A stretch of 64,000 bases of DNA from Octopus vulgaris. Its lineage: Eukaryota. This document shows, piece after piece, positions 12,588 through 26,560 of this stretch. The notes below the pieces were generated by a model. The model was not told where the DNA came from. It worked only from the letters and a program-made list of their open reading frames with translations, and did not search any database. The stretch's first letter is position 1. Every line of letters begins with the position of its first letter. A program made the translations under genes and the position numbers. The stretch lies in contig OX597840.1 in the NCBI GenBank assembly GCA_951406725.2, positions 22,258,001-22,322,000 on the forward strand, read 5' to 3'.

Positions 12588-13454
12588 ATAATTACTGTTG
12601 GATTACAAGAAATTTTATTTTTCAAAACCAAAATAAATAGTAAAAACAACAATAAATAAAAAGCACCGAAAATCTTTTAAAAAAATATAAAAGAGTTCAA
12701 ACTATACTAAAAACATTTGTTCACAGAGACAAAATGAGAAACAAATTTGTTTTTATTTTTTATTCAAAAGAAAAAAAAGTAAAAAAAAAATATGTCCCCT
12801 AACCCCCTCCAAAGAAAAAAATCGGCAAATTCCCCACAAGATCTTCCTTGAGTTGAGTGTTTACTTGTGGGACTTGACTTGCTGCCCTTGTATCTTTAGT
12901 TTAAAACCTTGTGCAGCTGTTTTCTTGTATATTTCAACAGTTCACTTAATTCTGTGCACCTAAGTTCCCTTAGCTGTCTGCAATGGGAAAGTTAGCTGTG
13001 AGAGACGAGAATTTCTCTCTCATTTTGTTCACACTGTATCAATGAAATTAAGTTCTACACCCATAAACAGACTTTCAGCGCTATTGAAAGCATTTACATT
13101 TTCAATATTTCTTCATGCAAATTATCAAAATGATAATGACCACAATGACAATGATGATGACGATGATGAGAATGGCAGCAGTGATGATGATAAAATACCT
13201 CAATCTTTAATCTGACATCCAGGTTATACTTATGCGTTAGCAACTTCCAAAGGGGTATTTTAGTATTTTCAACAAAATGTATTAAAATATACATTTCTTT
13301 TTTTCTTTTATGAGATTGGATGTTGCGAAAATAAATGAATAATTTATAATTATTTCTTGTAGAGGTTTCTATCAAGACATTACTGTGTTGTAGCAGCATT
13401 GCAGTTATCTGTGTATTTCTAGATGTTTGTTCCTTCTCGAGCCATGCCAGGCTC

Positions 13455-13716
13455 ATGAGGGCCAGTTTCCCAGTTTCCTTGGTGTATAGGTTCCCCACCT
13501 GGACAGGATGCTGGTCTGTCGCAGGTGAGCTGCAAGATGCAGGAGGAAAGAGTGAGAGAAAGTTGTGGCGAAAGAGTCAGCAGAAGTTTGTCATTACCTT
13601 CTGCTGGAGCTGCGTGGAGCTTAGGTGTTTCGCTCATAAACACACACATCGCCCGGTCTGAGATTCGAACCCTCGACCACGAGTCCGCTGCTCTAACCAC
13701 TAGGCCATGTGCCTCC
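13455..13716 (-). mobile_element. tRNA-headed SINE, family B-like. Related heads/cores at about 17025-17270+, 22605-22915+, 24625-24968-, 27605-27940-, 39280-39590+, 55205-55535+
   Basis: head ggaggcacatggcctagtggttagagc...ggttcgaatc with A/B boxes; most related copies carry the cttgagcaagacactttatttca..gctcca core. Confidence 0.75.
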
Positions 13717-16700
13717 GTATTTCTAGATATGTGTGATCAAAGAAACTGGTGCTGGTCTTTGTTGGCAAGAATTGTATTATTTTGTAGAATTGATAAATTG
13801 AGAGTAAATCAAACTTGCCACAAGAAGTGGACAAGTCCATTGTTTCAGACAGGGGCCTTCTTTGGGGTCAAATTGACAAGAAGGAAATTAATGGGGCGGC
13901 AGAGTTTTACATCCTCTGTGTAATCAATTTAACTACTCCTGGATATGAGTATAACAACTGTGTTCTTCTGCCAAGCCATGTTGAGCCAGTGTGGCAGAGT
14001 AGGCTCATCAAACCAGTAGGATCTCAAGCTCAACTTCAGTCTCCACATCAGACCATGGTTAGTGGAGAGAAACATGCTGAGGCTTTCATCCTACACTGGA
14101 CTGAACAAGGGCAATCCAATCCAACATATAACCTGTTTAATCCAACATCTGCAATATGAAGTGAAATGTAGAGGAGATTAAGTCTCCATCAACATTTAGC
14201 ATCTCTGTCTTCCATGATGACATGTGCTTGTTAGTTTAACAGGATTTACTGTGTTGAGTTCCTCTGCCCTCTTTGGCATGGTTTCTAGAGTTGGATGCCC
14301 AACCACTTTACAGAGTGTACTGAATGCTGCATGTTCATGTCACCAGCACTTGAGATTGTCAAGTGGATCACAAGACAAGGCTCTTAGCTGTGGTAGCCAT
14401 GTGACTCTGCCTCAGCAAGACATCTGTTCCTGTTACTCTATCATATTTTAGCCTCTCAACACTTAGCACAAAGCCAGGCTTTTATCTTGCAAGCTACCTG
14501 ATGACTGACTTGTGCTGGTAACACCAAAAATCTCTCAGGGCACACTTTGTAAAGTGGTTGATTTTAAGAAGGGCATCCAGCTGTAAAAACCAAGCCAAAA
14601 CTGACTTTGGAGCTTGACACAGTCTTTTGTCCTGTCAAACTGTCCAACCCATGCCAGCATGGAATATGGACAATAAATGATATTGAACAAAGTGGTCTCT
14701 ATATTTTGATGATAGTGGTATATGTATGTATATATAATATTACTGTTTGTTTTTATGTGAAATTATATATATATATATATATATATATAACTTTAACAGT
14801 GAATTTAAAGGATATCCAGTGTTCTTTAATGCATATTAATTTTTACAAGGAAAAGGTTGACAGTAACTTCAAAGTTGTTGGCTTACTAACCCTCATCAAA
14901 CTGGTTAAATAAAACCTTTGGATAGAAAGATTCAAAGATGGGTGTAGCTGTGTGGTAAGAAGCTTGCTTCACAACTGCATGGTTCTGGGTTCAGTCCCAC
15001 TGCGTGGTACCTTGGGCAAGTGTCTGGTGTTATAACTTTGGGTTGACCAAAGCCTTGTGAGTGGATTTGGTAGGCAGACACTGAAATAAGCCCATCGCGG
15101 GTGTGTGTGTGTGTGAATATATATATATGAGTTTGTTTGTCCTTCACTACTTGACAACTTGTGTTGGTGTGTTTACGTCCCTGTTGCTTAGGGGTTTGGC
15201 AAAAGTGAGACAGAATAAGTAACAGGCTTAAAAAGAAAGAAGTACTGGGGTTGATTCATTCAATTAAAAACTTCAAGACAGTGCCCCAGCATGGCCACAA
15301 TCTAATGACTGAAACAAAAGAAAAATATAACAGATACTCTCCCACCCACACATCCAATTTATTTGAATGTAACAATACAAAAACACGCAGACAAGGTGCT
15401 TAAGATAAAACAAAACTCACCAATTGAACCAACAAACACAAATTATCTAAAAGTCAAGCATATCTTTTATTTTGTTTCAGTCAGTAGACTGTGGCCATGC
15501 TGGAGCACTGCCTTAGAGAATTTTTTTTTAGTGAAATGAATTGACCCCAGTACATAATATTCTTCAAGCCTGGTACTCACTCTGTCAGTCTCTTTAGCTG
15601 AACTGCTAAGTTACGGGGACATAAACACACCAACACTGTTTGTCAAGTAGTGGTGGAGGACAGACACAGAAACAAAGACAAACATATATATATATATGTA
15701 TGTATATATATATTAACGACAGGCTTCTTTGAGTTTCTCTCTACGAAATCCACTCAAGGCTTTGGTCAGCCCAAAGCTATAGTAGTAGACATTTGCCCAA
15801 GGTGCAGCACCTGTGTGTGTGTTGCGTTACACCCTCCAACTCCCTCCACCTGTACCGGTGATCAGTTGAAAAATACGGCTGTTATAATCTTTTACACATA
15901 TACATACACAGAATGGGATTTATATATTATAGGATATATATATATATATCATCATCATTTAGCGTCCGCTTTCCATGATATATCCAAGAGCAGAATAAAA
16001 CGGGTGATTAAGTTGGACTTATTATTATAACATCATAAACTACATATCTAGGCACAGGCATGGCTGTGTGGTAAGAAACCTGCTTCCCAACCACATGGTT
16101 CCAGGTTCAGTCCCACGGAGCATCACCTTGGCTAAGTTTCTTCTACTGTAGCCTCAGGCTGACCAAAGCCTTGTGGCTGGATTTGGTAGACAGAAAGAAA
16201 CCAATGTGTGTCTGTGTTTGTCCCTCCCACTATCGTTTGACAACCAATGTTGGTGTGTTTATATCCCCATAACTTAGCACTTTGGCAAAAAGATATCGAT
16301 AGAATAAGTACTAGGCTTACAAAGAATAAGTCCTGGGGTCGATTTCTTTGACTAAAACATTTTAAGGTGGTACTCCAGCATGGCCGCAATTGTATGACTG
16401 AAACCAGTAAAAGAAAATCTTTCATTCGTATATCTAAGTATGTTGTGCAATAATTTTATGACCAACTTAAAACACCTGATCTTCACAAGAAAATAGTAAT
16501 TTAATTCCTTAATTACCAACTCATGTACACACACGTGCATATGTATACACAGGTGATGGTAGTGTCTTGTAGTCTAAGAAAGGTAGTTCTGCAATTTCCT
16601 GCAGAACAACCTGTACACAAGATTTATTTCTAGGGATGAAATGTTTGTGCTGTACATTAACTCACACCCTCCATCGAATCAATGTTGCCCAAATGGGTGA

Positions 16701-17471
16701 ACGGTGCACATGTCAAGTGCAATGTGAGACAAAGTGTCTTTTTGCTCAAGAACACAACAAATCATCATTATCATCATTTAACACCTGTTTTCCATGCTGA
16801 TATGGATTAGACAGTTTGACAGGAACTGGCCTGATGCACAACTCTACCAGGCTCCGGTTGTCTGTCTTGGTATGGTTTCTACAACTGGATGTCAACCACT
16901 CTAGAGTGTACTGGATGCTTTTCACATGGCACCAGCACTGGTTCTAATTCAGTGAAGGAACCTCCTCCTCCTCCAAAAATGGTTTACATCCCAGCTCAAC
17001 CAGTTGTGCATGGTTTAGCAGTTAGGGTATTTGGTTCACATTTGTAAGATCATAAGTTCAATTCTCAGCAGCACTTAGTGTCCTTGAGCAAGAATTATTA
17101 TTTCACGTTGCTCCAGTTCTCTCAGCTGGAAAAAGTGAGTTGTACTTGTATTTCAAAAGACGGGTCTTGTCACATGGAATCTCCCTGAGAACTATGTCAT
17201 GGGTACATGTATGTTTGGGGACTGCTCAGTCACTTGCACATAATTTCACAAGCAGAATGTTCTGCTGCTCAGTGGACACAAAATAAGAAAGAAGAGATTT
17301 ACTCAATCAGTTCTGACCTGGGGCTAAATAACAACAAAGCAAACTCTTCCCCCTCAAAAAAACAAATAACAGCAATAAATTAATACTTGTAGAATATATG
17401 CTGCCAAATTTTATCTAATATTTTCAAGAGGATTCCATTTATGTCGGATCAACAGTGGTAATATATAGTTC

Positions 17472-17537
17472 TCAGTCTTCACAGACATGGCCTGGGATTT
17501 TGTCACATACCCGTGTCGTCATAAATAACTCCTTTTG
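17472..17537 (-). CDS. EFCAB1: Calaxin/EFCAB1 probable terminal coding exon
   Basis: ctcttgcag acceptor, phase 0, QKELFMTTRVCDKIPGHVCED-TGA; gives a 198-aa protein; tail is poorly conserved so less certain. Confidence 0.7.
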   Translation of the reverse strand, partial: QKELFMTTRVCDKIPGHVCED

Positions 17538-17781
17538 CTGCAAGAGAGATGAATAATAATAATAATAATAATAATAATACAAATACAAATAAATAGAAGA
17601 GTGCCATATTATGTGAAACTGGTTGAATGATATTTCAGCATCTAGCATGGAAGGCATGCTAGATGCTGTAATATTGTTCAACCAATTTCACATGATATGA
17701 TACTCTTCTATTTATTTGTGTGTAACTTCTGGATGAGTTACCTTGGTCCTATATAGTCTTAATAATAATAATAATAATAAT

Positions 17782-18304
17782 GTCCATTGGACACTTTGCA
17801 ACAAGTATGGACTTGACAGAGCTAAAAATTGGTATGACCACAAGCCCGAAGGCATCATCGAAAATGATAATGCAAAGATCCTGTGGTATTTTATGATTCA
17901 GTGCGGCCATGAGATAGAAGATAGGAAACCAGACATAGTCTTAATTGAGAAAGAAAGCAAACTATGTTGGATCATAGATATAGCATGCCCAACTGACAAC
18001 AAGGTGTGCAATAAGGAAGAAAGAAAAGTCAATAGATATGGGAGGTTAAGCAGTTGTGGTCAATGAAAAAGGTGGTAGTGGCACAAATAATTGTCGGAGC
18101 CCTGGGAACAGTGAGTAAAAATCTTGAGAAGTACGCGGAACAAATAGGGGCTGCAATAAGTGTGGAGCACTTGCAGAAAACATCACTGCTTGGAACCGCT
18201 TGAATACTCCAGAAGGTGCTCAAAAAATATGGCGTGTTACCTTAGTTAACTGGTGAACAGCTGACACCATAGTCCATCTCTAGCGTTAGAAGCTGTGCAA
18301 AGGC
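17782..18304 (+). mobile_element. Dong/R4-clade non-LTR retrotransposon 3' fragment (restriction-like endonuclease) in an (AAT)n tract
   Basis: VHWTLCNKYGL..WYDHKPEGIIEND.AKILW..RKPDIVLIEK..IIDIACP; flanked by (AAT)n on both sides. Confidence 0.8.
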
Positions 18305-18643
18305 AATAATAATGATTTAAAATTTTGCCGCAAGACCAGCAAATTTAAGAGGAGAAGTTAATTAGATCAATCCCGGGGCTCAACTGGTATTTATTTTATC
18401 AATCCTGAGGCAGAATTGTTAGGATGCTGAGCAAAATGTTTAACAGTGTTTCATCTGTCTTTACATTCTGAGTTCAAATTCCACAAAATTAAGCTTTGAG
18501 CCTTTTGGGGTCATTGAAATAAATACCAGGTGGGCACTGGGGGCCGATGCTAGCCCTGTGATATTCAAATTTTCTTATAGTTAAATAACGATGGCTTTCA
18601 ATAATTTTAAATTCCACATATTTCCATAGAACAAGGAACTAAC

Positions 18644-18748
18644 CTCTTCAGTTGGGAGACAGGGACCAAAAGCCTCGATAAGGAGGGGTTCAGCAATGAC
18701 AGATGTTCGGTAATCGCTGAATGAGAGTCTGGCATCATGATCGACATC
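18644..18748 (-). CDS. EFCAB1: Calaxin/EFCAB1 coding exon (not in the ORF track)
   Basis: acacag / gttagt; DVDHDARLSFSDYRTSVIAEPLLIEAFGPCLPTEE, matching calaxin DHD.RLS..D....V..EPLL.EAFG.CLP. Confidence 0.95.
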
Positions 18749-18834
18749 CTGTGTCAGCAAAGGAAGATAAACAATGAGACAAGGCTAAAATCAAAGACAA
18801 CAATAACAAAAATAAAATAAATATTCAAATAAAA

Positions 18835-19703
18835 TAAGGTGGTATCAAAAAGTTTGTGAACTCGTTATATTTCTTAAAAAATAACTTATTTACCAAAGTT
18901 TTAACATCATCTCCTTTGAAGTAGTTCCCTTGCACAGCACTACACCGGTCCCAGCATTCCTGCCATTTTTGGAATCCAGCCTGGAGGTCGTTTTCTGTAA
19001 GAAAGTCAAGGAGCTTCTGTGATTCGCTCTGGATCTCAAAATAGTGACCTCTAAGCTGCATTTCCATCTTGGAGAAGAAATGGAAGTTCGCAGATATTAA
19101 ATCTGGTAAACATGGCAGGTGCAGAAGCAATACCATGTTGTTTTTGGTGAGAAACTCACGAGTGAGGAGAGCTTGGTGACAGGGTGCATCATCATCGTGA
19201 AGAGTCCAACACTTCATGCTCCACTGAACCGGTCACTTTCACCAAATGTCCTCACTCAAATGCTTCAAAACATCACAGCTGAACTCTCGATTGACAGTCT
19301 GGCCCTGGAGAATGAATTCTCAATGCACAATACCGCAGATGTCAAACAAAAAGACTATGAGCATGCTCTTGATTGAGTTGCAGCTCTGTTGTGCCTTCTT
19401 CATTTGTGGAGACGAAGGGCTATTTTATTGTGATGACTGCTGCTTCGTCTCAAACTCATACTCAATGTCTCTGTAGCAGACTTCCCAAGTTTAATGCAAA
19501 ATTTCACGTTGGCTTCTTTGTTCCAACTTCCTGTCCATCACAAAAACACAAATTTCACAACTTGTGATATAAACACAGCGATGTCACTTAGCACACACTG
19601 CCTCATGAGGGTCACTGCTTGCTCTCACTACACATGCAAATCCTGTGCTGCCAGCTGTTGGTGTGCTACAGAACTAGTCTGGGAACTTTTTGATACCACC
19701 TCA
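18835..19703 (-). mobile_element. Internally deleted mariner element
   Basis: TIRs aggtggtatcaaaaagtt / aactttttgataccacct; degenerate LHDDDAPCH...LPCLPDL (HDNAxxH / YSPDL motifs). Confidence 0.8.
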
Positions 19704-19867
19704 TACCTGCAATATTTGTTCTGGTTCCTTATGTTAGAAGTTCTTCAAATTTCAGTGAGGCAAACTTTGCCCCTTTACTTTTACCACAACAAATGTCTCT
19801 ATCATCATGTGACTTCTGTGCAGTCAAACCATCCCATGACATATTCACTGGACTAACACAGTCTTAA

Positions 19868-20081
19868 CCCTTTCATTACTGTATTTATTTTGAGACACTC
19901 TGTGTTTCATTCAATTACTTGAAATATAACAAAGAATTTAGTAAAATGACTTAGTTATCATTCAGCTAGTGTTAGGAACATAAATTGTGACTAAAGTTTG
20001 GTGGAAGATTTTAATTCAAAACTTATGAAAACAAGACATTTGTACTCAGAGCCAGATTCAGCCGGGTTGGTAATGAAAGGG
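19868..20081. mobile_element. piggyBac-type MITE
   Basis: 12-bp TIR CCCTTTCATTAC/GTAATGAAAGGG with TTAA on both sides; related copies at about 25567-25785, 50690-50913, 52483-52700, 55838-56120, 57720-57892. Confidence 0.85.
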
Positions 20082-20320
20082 TTAATGTTTGGTTTAGAGG
20101 TTAGGGTATTCGGATCATGATTTCTGAGTTTGATTCCCGGCAGCGCATTGTGTCCCTGTGCAAGACAATTTACTTCTCATTGCTCCAGTTCACTCAGCTG
20201 GCAAAAATGAGTTGAATGTGTAATTCAAAGGGCCAACCTTTGAATTAAACTGTGGCACCTTGGGCAAGTGTCTAATATAGCTTCAGACCAACCAAGGCCT
20301 TGTGACAGAAACTGAAAGAA

Positions 20321-20365
<45 letters not shown>

Positions 20366-20636
20366 TAAATATGTGTGTGTGCCTTTGTGTCTGTGTTTGT
20401 TCCCCACCTCAACTTAACAACCAATGTTGGTGTACTGACATGCCTATAACTTAACAATTCAGCAAAAGAGACTGATAAAATAAGTACCAGGTTTTAAACA
20501 AAAATGTTCTGGAGTCGATTCATTCAACTAAAGATTCTTTGAGGCAAGGCCCCAGCATGGCCACACTCTGATGACTGAAACAAGTAAAAGATAAAAGAGA
20601 GAAGATATGAATAAACAATAGCAATCGACTATTTAC

Positions 20637-20702
20637 CATTTTCTTCAACACCATATCCACAAGGTCCTTGATTCCTTCATCGGGATCTTCTTCTGTTGGT
20701 TG
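20637..20702 (-). CDS. EFCAB1: Calaxin/EFCAB1 coding exon
   Basis: tccag / gtaaat; QPTEEDPDEGIKDLVDMVLKKM, the calaxin signature segment. Confidence 0.95.
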
Positions 20703-21523
20703 CTGGAGAATTAGAGAAAGAAATGTAAATATTGAACAGAAGACAAGAAACTTTCTATGGTTGAGATTCCAATAATTTGCAAAAACATTTCCAGTTTGAA
20801 TATCCAGTTCTTCTTCCCATCTCTTGTCTGTATTCACATGCGAAGGTGTGTGGCCTAGTGGTTAGGAAGTTGCATTCACGATGATTAGATCGTAGGTTCA
20901 ATTCTATGACTAAGTGGTGTGTTGTGTTCTTGAGCAAAACACTTTATTTCATGTTGCTCCGGTGCCCCTTTTGATCGGAAGAGGAATGTTGGCCTGCTCC
21001 CCTGGCCAGTGGGGCTGGCATCATTTGAAGGCTAAAACAAAGCCAAAACGCATTGTGACCAACACCTGACAGCCTGGTCGGTCACCTGGTCACGTGACCA
21101 GTTTGTTTATATATGTATACGTGTCTGTGTATGTATGTATTCTAATGACGATGATGATGGTAACTATGACGATGGTAACTATGGCAGCAGTGATGGTGAC
21201 ACTGACAATGACAACAGTAATAAAGATGATGATGACAACAGCAACAACCAGGAATTGAAACATCATCTCTGACATATGTATGTATCTCCATTTAGTTGGG
21301 AAAAAGAATACTCAGTGATTAATAACAGAGATTAATAACACACACACACACACACACACACAACTAAATCACCAAGACATTGTTATAGTTCACCCTCTTA
21401 TACACAAGCACATACACAACCCCATATGCACACGTAGTACATATGGATATATAACTTATTGTCCCATGCATAGAGAATCTGGCTTTCTCATCCCTGCTGC
21501 TCAAACCAAACCAAAAAACTAAC

Positions 21524-21609
21524 CTTGATTAAACAGTTCTTCAGCATTTGAAACATTTCTTCTCGGGAAATATAACCATCACCGTTGAGGTCGTACACAT
21601 CGAAACAAT
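21524..21609 (-). CDS. EFCAB1: Calaxin/EFCAB1 coding exon with EF-hand
   Basis: atcag / gttagt; (Y)[28 protein letters not shown], canonical loop [12 protein letters not shown]. Confidence 0.95.
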
Positions 21610-22141
21610 CTGATGGAAAGCAGTAAAGAATACAGTGTAAGGAATTAAAAATGGACCCAGTACACTCTGGCATTTGGAAGGACATCAAGCAGTTGAGACC
21701 ATGCAAAAACAGCCAATTAGAGCATGGTGTAGATCTCTGGCTGGCCAGCTCCTGTCAAACCATCCAACCCATGCCAGCATGGAAAACAGACGTTAAACAA
21801 CAGTGGTAATGATGACACTAACAACAAAGTCTCTCTGGTTTTAAAATATGTTCTTCACCATGTTACAAGAGGAGACTAGAAGGATTGGTGACTAAAGGGT
21901 TGGTGAAACGATGCCTTAGAAAACCAGCCCAACCCAAGCCAGTCATTAGACTGCGATCATGCTGGAGCACAGCTTGAAGTGTCCCAGCTTATTTCTAAGC
22001 CTGATACTTATTCTATCAGTATTTTTTGCTGAACTGTTAAGTTACAGGAATGTAAACACACCAACACTGGTTGTTGAGTGGTAGTAGGGGAAAAACACAG
22101 ACACAAAGACACCCAGGATGAAAATTAAAAAAACCACTTAC

Positions 22142-22246
22142 AGGCCATCTTCTCTTCATTATTTCCTCTGAGAAAAACAGACAATCCACCGATCCATTCC
22201 TCAATGCTGATCCAGCTGTCATTATCTTTATCAAATGCCCTGAAAA
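22142..22246 (-). CDS. EFCAB1: Calaxin/EFCAB1 coding exon with EF-hand
   Basis: cttag / gtaagt; (V)[36 protein letters not shown] loop [12 protein letters not shown]. Confidence 0.95.
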
Positions 22247-24095
22247 CTAAGAGAGGGCCATCATATGAGTTTGGGTTAGTCACATGTGATGAATAAGACA
22301 GAGGAAATGTAATTAACATCTGATAAACAAATTAAGGAGGCAAAGCTGGTAGAAGCATTGGTACACGGGGGGGGGGGACAAATGCTCAACGGAATTTCTC
22401 CTGACTCTATATTCTGAATGTCAAATCCCACCAGGATTGAACTTGTCTTTCATCCCTTACAGGCTTGATAAAATAAGTACCAGTTGAATACTGAGGGTTG
22501 ATGTAACTGACTTAACTCCTCCTCCTTAATTGTTGGCCTTGTGCCAAAATTTGAAACCAAAACCTGAATAAACAAAGGTTTTCTTTAAATTGCTTAGTAA
22601 TGGTGAAGGCGCATGGTTTAGTGACGAGGAGGGTTTCCAGCTCTTGACTTTACAGTCATGAGTTCAATACCCAGCAGTGCATTGTGTCCTTGAACAAGAC
22701 ATTTTATTTCATGTTGCTCCAATCCACTCAACTGGCAAAAATGAGTGGAACTGGTATTTCAAAGGCCCAGCCTTGTTACACTCTGAATCTCCTTAAGAAC
22801 TATGTAAAGGGTACACATGCCTGTGGAGTACTCAGCCACTTGCACATTAATTTCACGAGCAGGTTGTTCTGTTGATTGATTCTACTGGAACACTCATCGT
22901 CATAACTGATGGAGTGTCATTTAATAATGCTTTAAAATCTTGGCACAAGGCCAGCAATTTCAGGGGAGGATGTAAGTTGATTAGATTGACCCCACTGCGC
23001 AACTGGTACTTATTTTATCAACCCCAATTCTCTGCCATATTAGTAATTTATTTATGGACCCTGGAAGGATGACCTCAATAAGATTTGAACTTAGGATGCA
23101 TGAAGTCAGAACAAATACCATAAATACAGGGGCAAGCATGTCTGTGTGGTAAGAAGCTTGCTTCCTAACCACATGGTTCCAGGTTCAGTCCCACTGCATG
23201 GCACCTTGGATAAGTGTCTTCTACAATAGCCTCAAGCCAACCAAAGCCTCGTGAGTGGATTTGATAGATGGAAAGAAGCCTGTCGTCTGTGTTTCTCTCC
23301 CCCCCTCACTGCTTGGCAACCAGTGTGTACGTCCCCATAACTTAGCAGTTCAGCAAAAGAGACTGATAGAATAAGTACCAGGTATAAAATTAAAAAGTAC
23401 AAGGGTCAATTCATTCACCTAAAAATTCTCAAAGGTGGTGCCCCAGCATGGCCACAGTCTAATGACTGAAGCCAATGAAAGATAAAAGATGAGTCTGATG
23501 CTCTGATATTTTTGCCAATTTACCAGAACTGAGATAATTCAGTGAAAGGGAATTACCTGTCTTTCTGGCAGAATCCTTGCCATGTTGGATAAAATGCTCA
23601 AGTGGCATTTCCTTTGTCTGAGATTAAATTCCATGGAAGTCACTGACCTAAGATCCAACTCTTCTCCCCATGAAGAAGCAAACTTTGGAAACAGAACCAC
23701 CACCACCTCCTTCTCCTTCCTCTACTACTACTACTACTACTACTACTATTACTACTTCTTCTCCTTCATCATCATTAGCATCATCACCATCATCACCACC
23801 CCACCAGCTGAGCTTTCCCCCTCCCCTGAAATTGCTGGCCTTGTCCCAGAATTTGAAATTATTATTATATTTGAATCTAAAGAAGCAGCAAGATGGCAGA
23901 ATTGTTAGCTTGCTGGACAAAATGCATTTCGTCCATTTTTATGATAAGAGTTCAAATTCCTTCAAGATCAACTTTGCCTTTCATCCTTTCGGGGTCAATA
24001 AAATAAGGACCAGTTTAAGCCAAAATAGAAAATGATATTTCAGTCTAAAGACATACAGTCTGTCACAGAAGCCATAAGACTTAGATTTCACAAAC

Positions 24096-24227
24096 CTCGA
24101 TCCATTAAAATGTCGTTGGTCATTCCAAATATATACAACAGAATATCCCGGAACCTGATCCTGTCTAGTTTTTTGTCTGTGTAGTGTTGGTACATCTTAA
24201 TCAGGTAATTCGTTTCATAGCGTGAAA
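24096..24227 (-). CDS. EFCAB1: Calaxin/EFCAB1 coding exon
   Basis: ttccag / gtttgt; (F)SRYETNYLIKMYQHYTDKKLDRIRFRDILLYIFGMTNDILMDR, matching calaxin DR..FRDIL...F.MT.D.LMDR. Confidence 0.92.
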
Positions 24228-25233
24228 CTGGAAAAGATAAACAGACCCTCGGGCAGTTGAGGGTCAAACAGAAGAGCTTGATATAACAACAAACTAATAT
24301 GAGAGCACTTATGTATTCAAACAGCCTACTAGAAATAGCAGTCACATTTCCTCTCAAATCAAACTTTATCATATTAAAAGCAGGAAGACTATTGCATCAA
24401 TTAAAAATCAGTTGTTGATCAATTCTTATACACTGTGGTGTACATCTAGAACCAGGTCACTAATACGTCTCTGAATCCATTATGGGTCAGCAGTTATAGA
24501 CCAGTAGTTCCCCACAAAGGTCCCTATGAGATTTTGCTGTTAAAATTTATCTGCAATAAATCATTTACACTTCTACAATGCACCAAAGATTTCAACAATT
24601 TTTTTTAATACAATTCCTAATAATAACTGGCTCTGTGTTAGTCACTATGATCAGAGTTCCAGTTGATCCAATGAATGGAACAGCTTACTCATGAAATTAA
24701 TGTGCAAGTGGCTGAATACTCCACAGACACATGCTAAAGTCATAATGACTCATAAGGGTCATTTTCTCGGTTTCCATGGCATACGTATCTTCTGCTCCTG
24801 GAGGGGATGCCAGTCTGTCGCAGGATGACTCACTTTTGCCAGCTGAGTGAACTGGAGTAACATGAGATGAAATGTTTTGCTCAAGAACACAACAGATCAC
24901 CCAGGAATTGAAACCACAATCTTATGATCATGAGTCCGACACCCTAACCATTAAGCCATGCACCTCCACACAGACACCCATCCCAGTGAATATGTGGATG
25001 CCCCAGAATGGGCAAAGAATGGGATTGATGGAGATTGAAGTGGACACAGTGAATATCAGTTTGGAAGGGAGGGTGAAGGAAATAGGGAAGTGGGGAGGTG
25101 ACAAGGGACAACATTAGGGATATAATGTGAAGCACAGCGGGGGTAAATGGTACCATTTACAACACCTGAGCCTGCATGTGTGTGCATATGTGCATATGTG
25201 TGTGTGTGTATGTGTGTGTGTGTGTGAACTTAC

Positions 25234-25270
25234 AGTGACTTATCTTAGCAAGTTCAACAATTGGTTTCAT
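25234..25270 (-). CDS. EFCAB1: Calaxin/EFCAB1 first coding exon segment (MKPIVELAKISH); exon probably extends 5' to 25336 as UTR
   Basis: ATG at 25270 with an in-frame upstream TAG; gtaagt donor; phase 1 joins the next exon as ...SHFSRYE... Confidence 0.75.
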
Positions 25271-25836
25271 TTTGGTTCCTCTTCTCTTTCCCTCTCTCTA
25301 TTTCCGTTCTTCTCCTCTTCCTCTCTTTCTCTTTATCTGTAAAGTAGAAAGAATAACTCAATTGTAGATTTGCCCTCCATCATGGCCTTCTGTATACGTC
25401 ACATTCTCCCTTCTTGCTACAGCTCATACGTGGGCCCGAGTGTGTTCTTCCTGAATCAGGTTTTATTAACCATATTGTCATTGATTCAAACAGATAGGCT
25501 TTATACAGTACCAGATTAAGGTATCGGCTTTAAGGGTTGCAGCCGAGCTACAACACTTAGAGATCAACCTCTTAGAACTCACTTTATTTAGTCAAATGCA
25601 AAGCTCGTTTATTGTTTTTAATTAATCCTGTCTTTTATTTTGTAGCTTTGAGATTTTGATGAGGAAACTTAATTTTGAGAAAGATGTTGTTCGATTGTTG
25701 TGAGAGGCCAGGCCTGACCAGTTTGAGCAGAAAACAAATAGAATATTTAGGCTGCATTTGACTGGTTTAAATGCTAAAGGGTTAAGCAAAAATTGATTTT
25801 ACTTTTCAAAAGGCACAGGTATGGCTGTATGGTTTT

Positions 25837-26356
25837 GGGGGCTAAAACGGTTTCGATTCTCTCCTTGAAAAATGCATTTTTTTGAAAATTTCTTTTGGAT
25901 TCCTACATTTTAGATGTCGGAGATTACAAATATTCAAAAAATGTTTTTAAAATTTCACCCACCCCTATTTTAGATTCAATAAGCATATAGATATGTGTAT
26001 AAAGGGAGACAGACAGACAGACAGAGATGAACAAACGGATAGGGACAAATAGATAGACAAATAAATGGCTGAAAAAGTTTTTCGATTATTTAAGGCAACA
26101 CAAGTAAAACGCAAATTCTTTTCACTTTAATGTCTTTGTCTATATCTAATTTCGATCTGCTGATGTTTGTGTCAATTCTCTACAATCTCTTCAAAATAAA
26201 CAAGATCGAAATTTTAAGTTCGAGAGGGAAATCTAAAAAGTTTTTTTTTTTTTTTGCATATTCGTAATCTCCGACATCTAAAAAGTAGGAATCCGAAACA
26301 ATATTTTCAAAAAAAATGCATTTTTCAAGGAAAGGTGCGAAACTACATTAGCCCCC
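25837..26356. mobile_element. MITE with about 110-bp imperfect TIRs and GGGGG termini
   Basis: gggggctaa...tccttgaaaaatgcatttttttgaaaat...ggattcctac..ttttagatgtcggagattac mirrored at about 26250-26356. Confidence 0.8.
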
Positions 26357-26560
26357 TGTTTTGTCCAATTTTCTAATTTAATTTAGTGAAACGGTAAACA
26401 CTGTGAGGGCAATAAAATATTTTGCCATGTAACTGTAGAAGACTGTAAGCGGTCACAAGCAGATTTCCCTCGAATCGAACGTATGGCAGACACTCTACTT
26501 CTCTGTTCTTTAAGAAGAAAACATGTTAGATAATATATTTTGAAATAAAGTGAACCTTAC

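Noticed and set aside
13655-13716. tRNA gene candidate
   Set aside because: A/B boxes are present but the sequence continues into a SINE body with no complete cloverleaf; it is a SINE head
23582-24035. Poly-T/Y/V ORFs
   Set aside because: Translations of trinucleotide microsatellites inside SINE-rich intron sequence
25271-25336. N-terminal extension of calaxin by A-to-I editing of the in-frame TAG at 25298-25300
   Set aside because: No in-frame upstream ATG in either candidate upstream exon configuration
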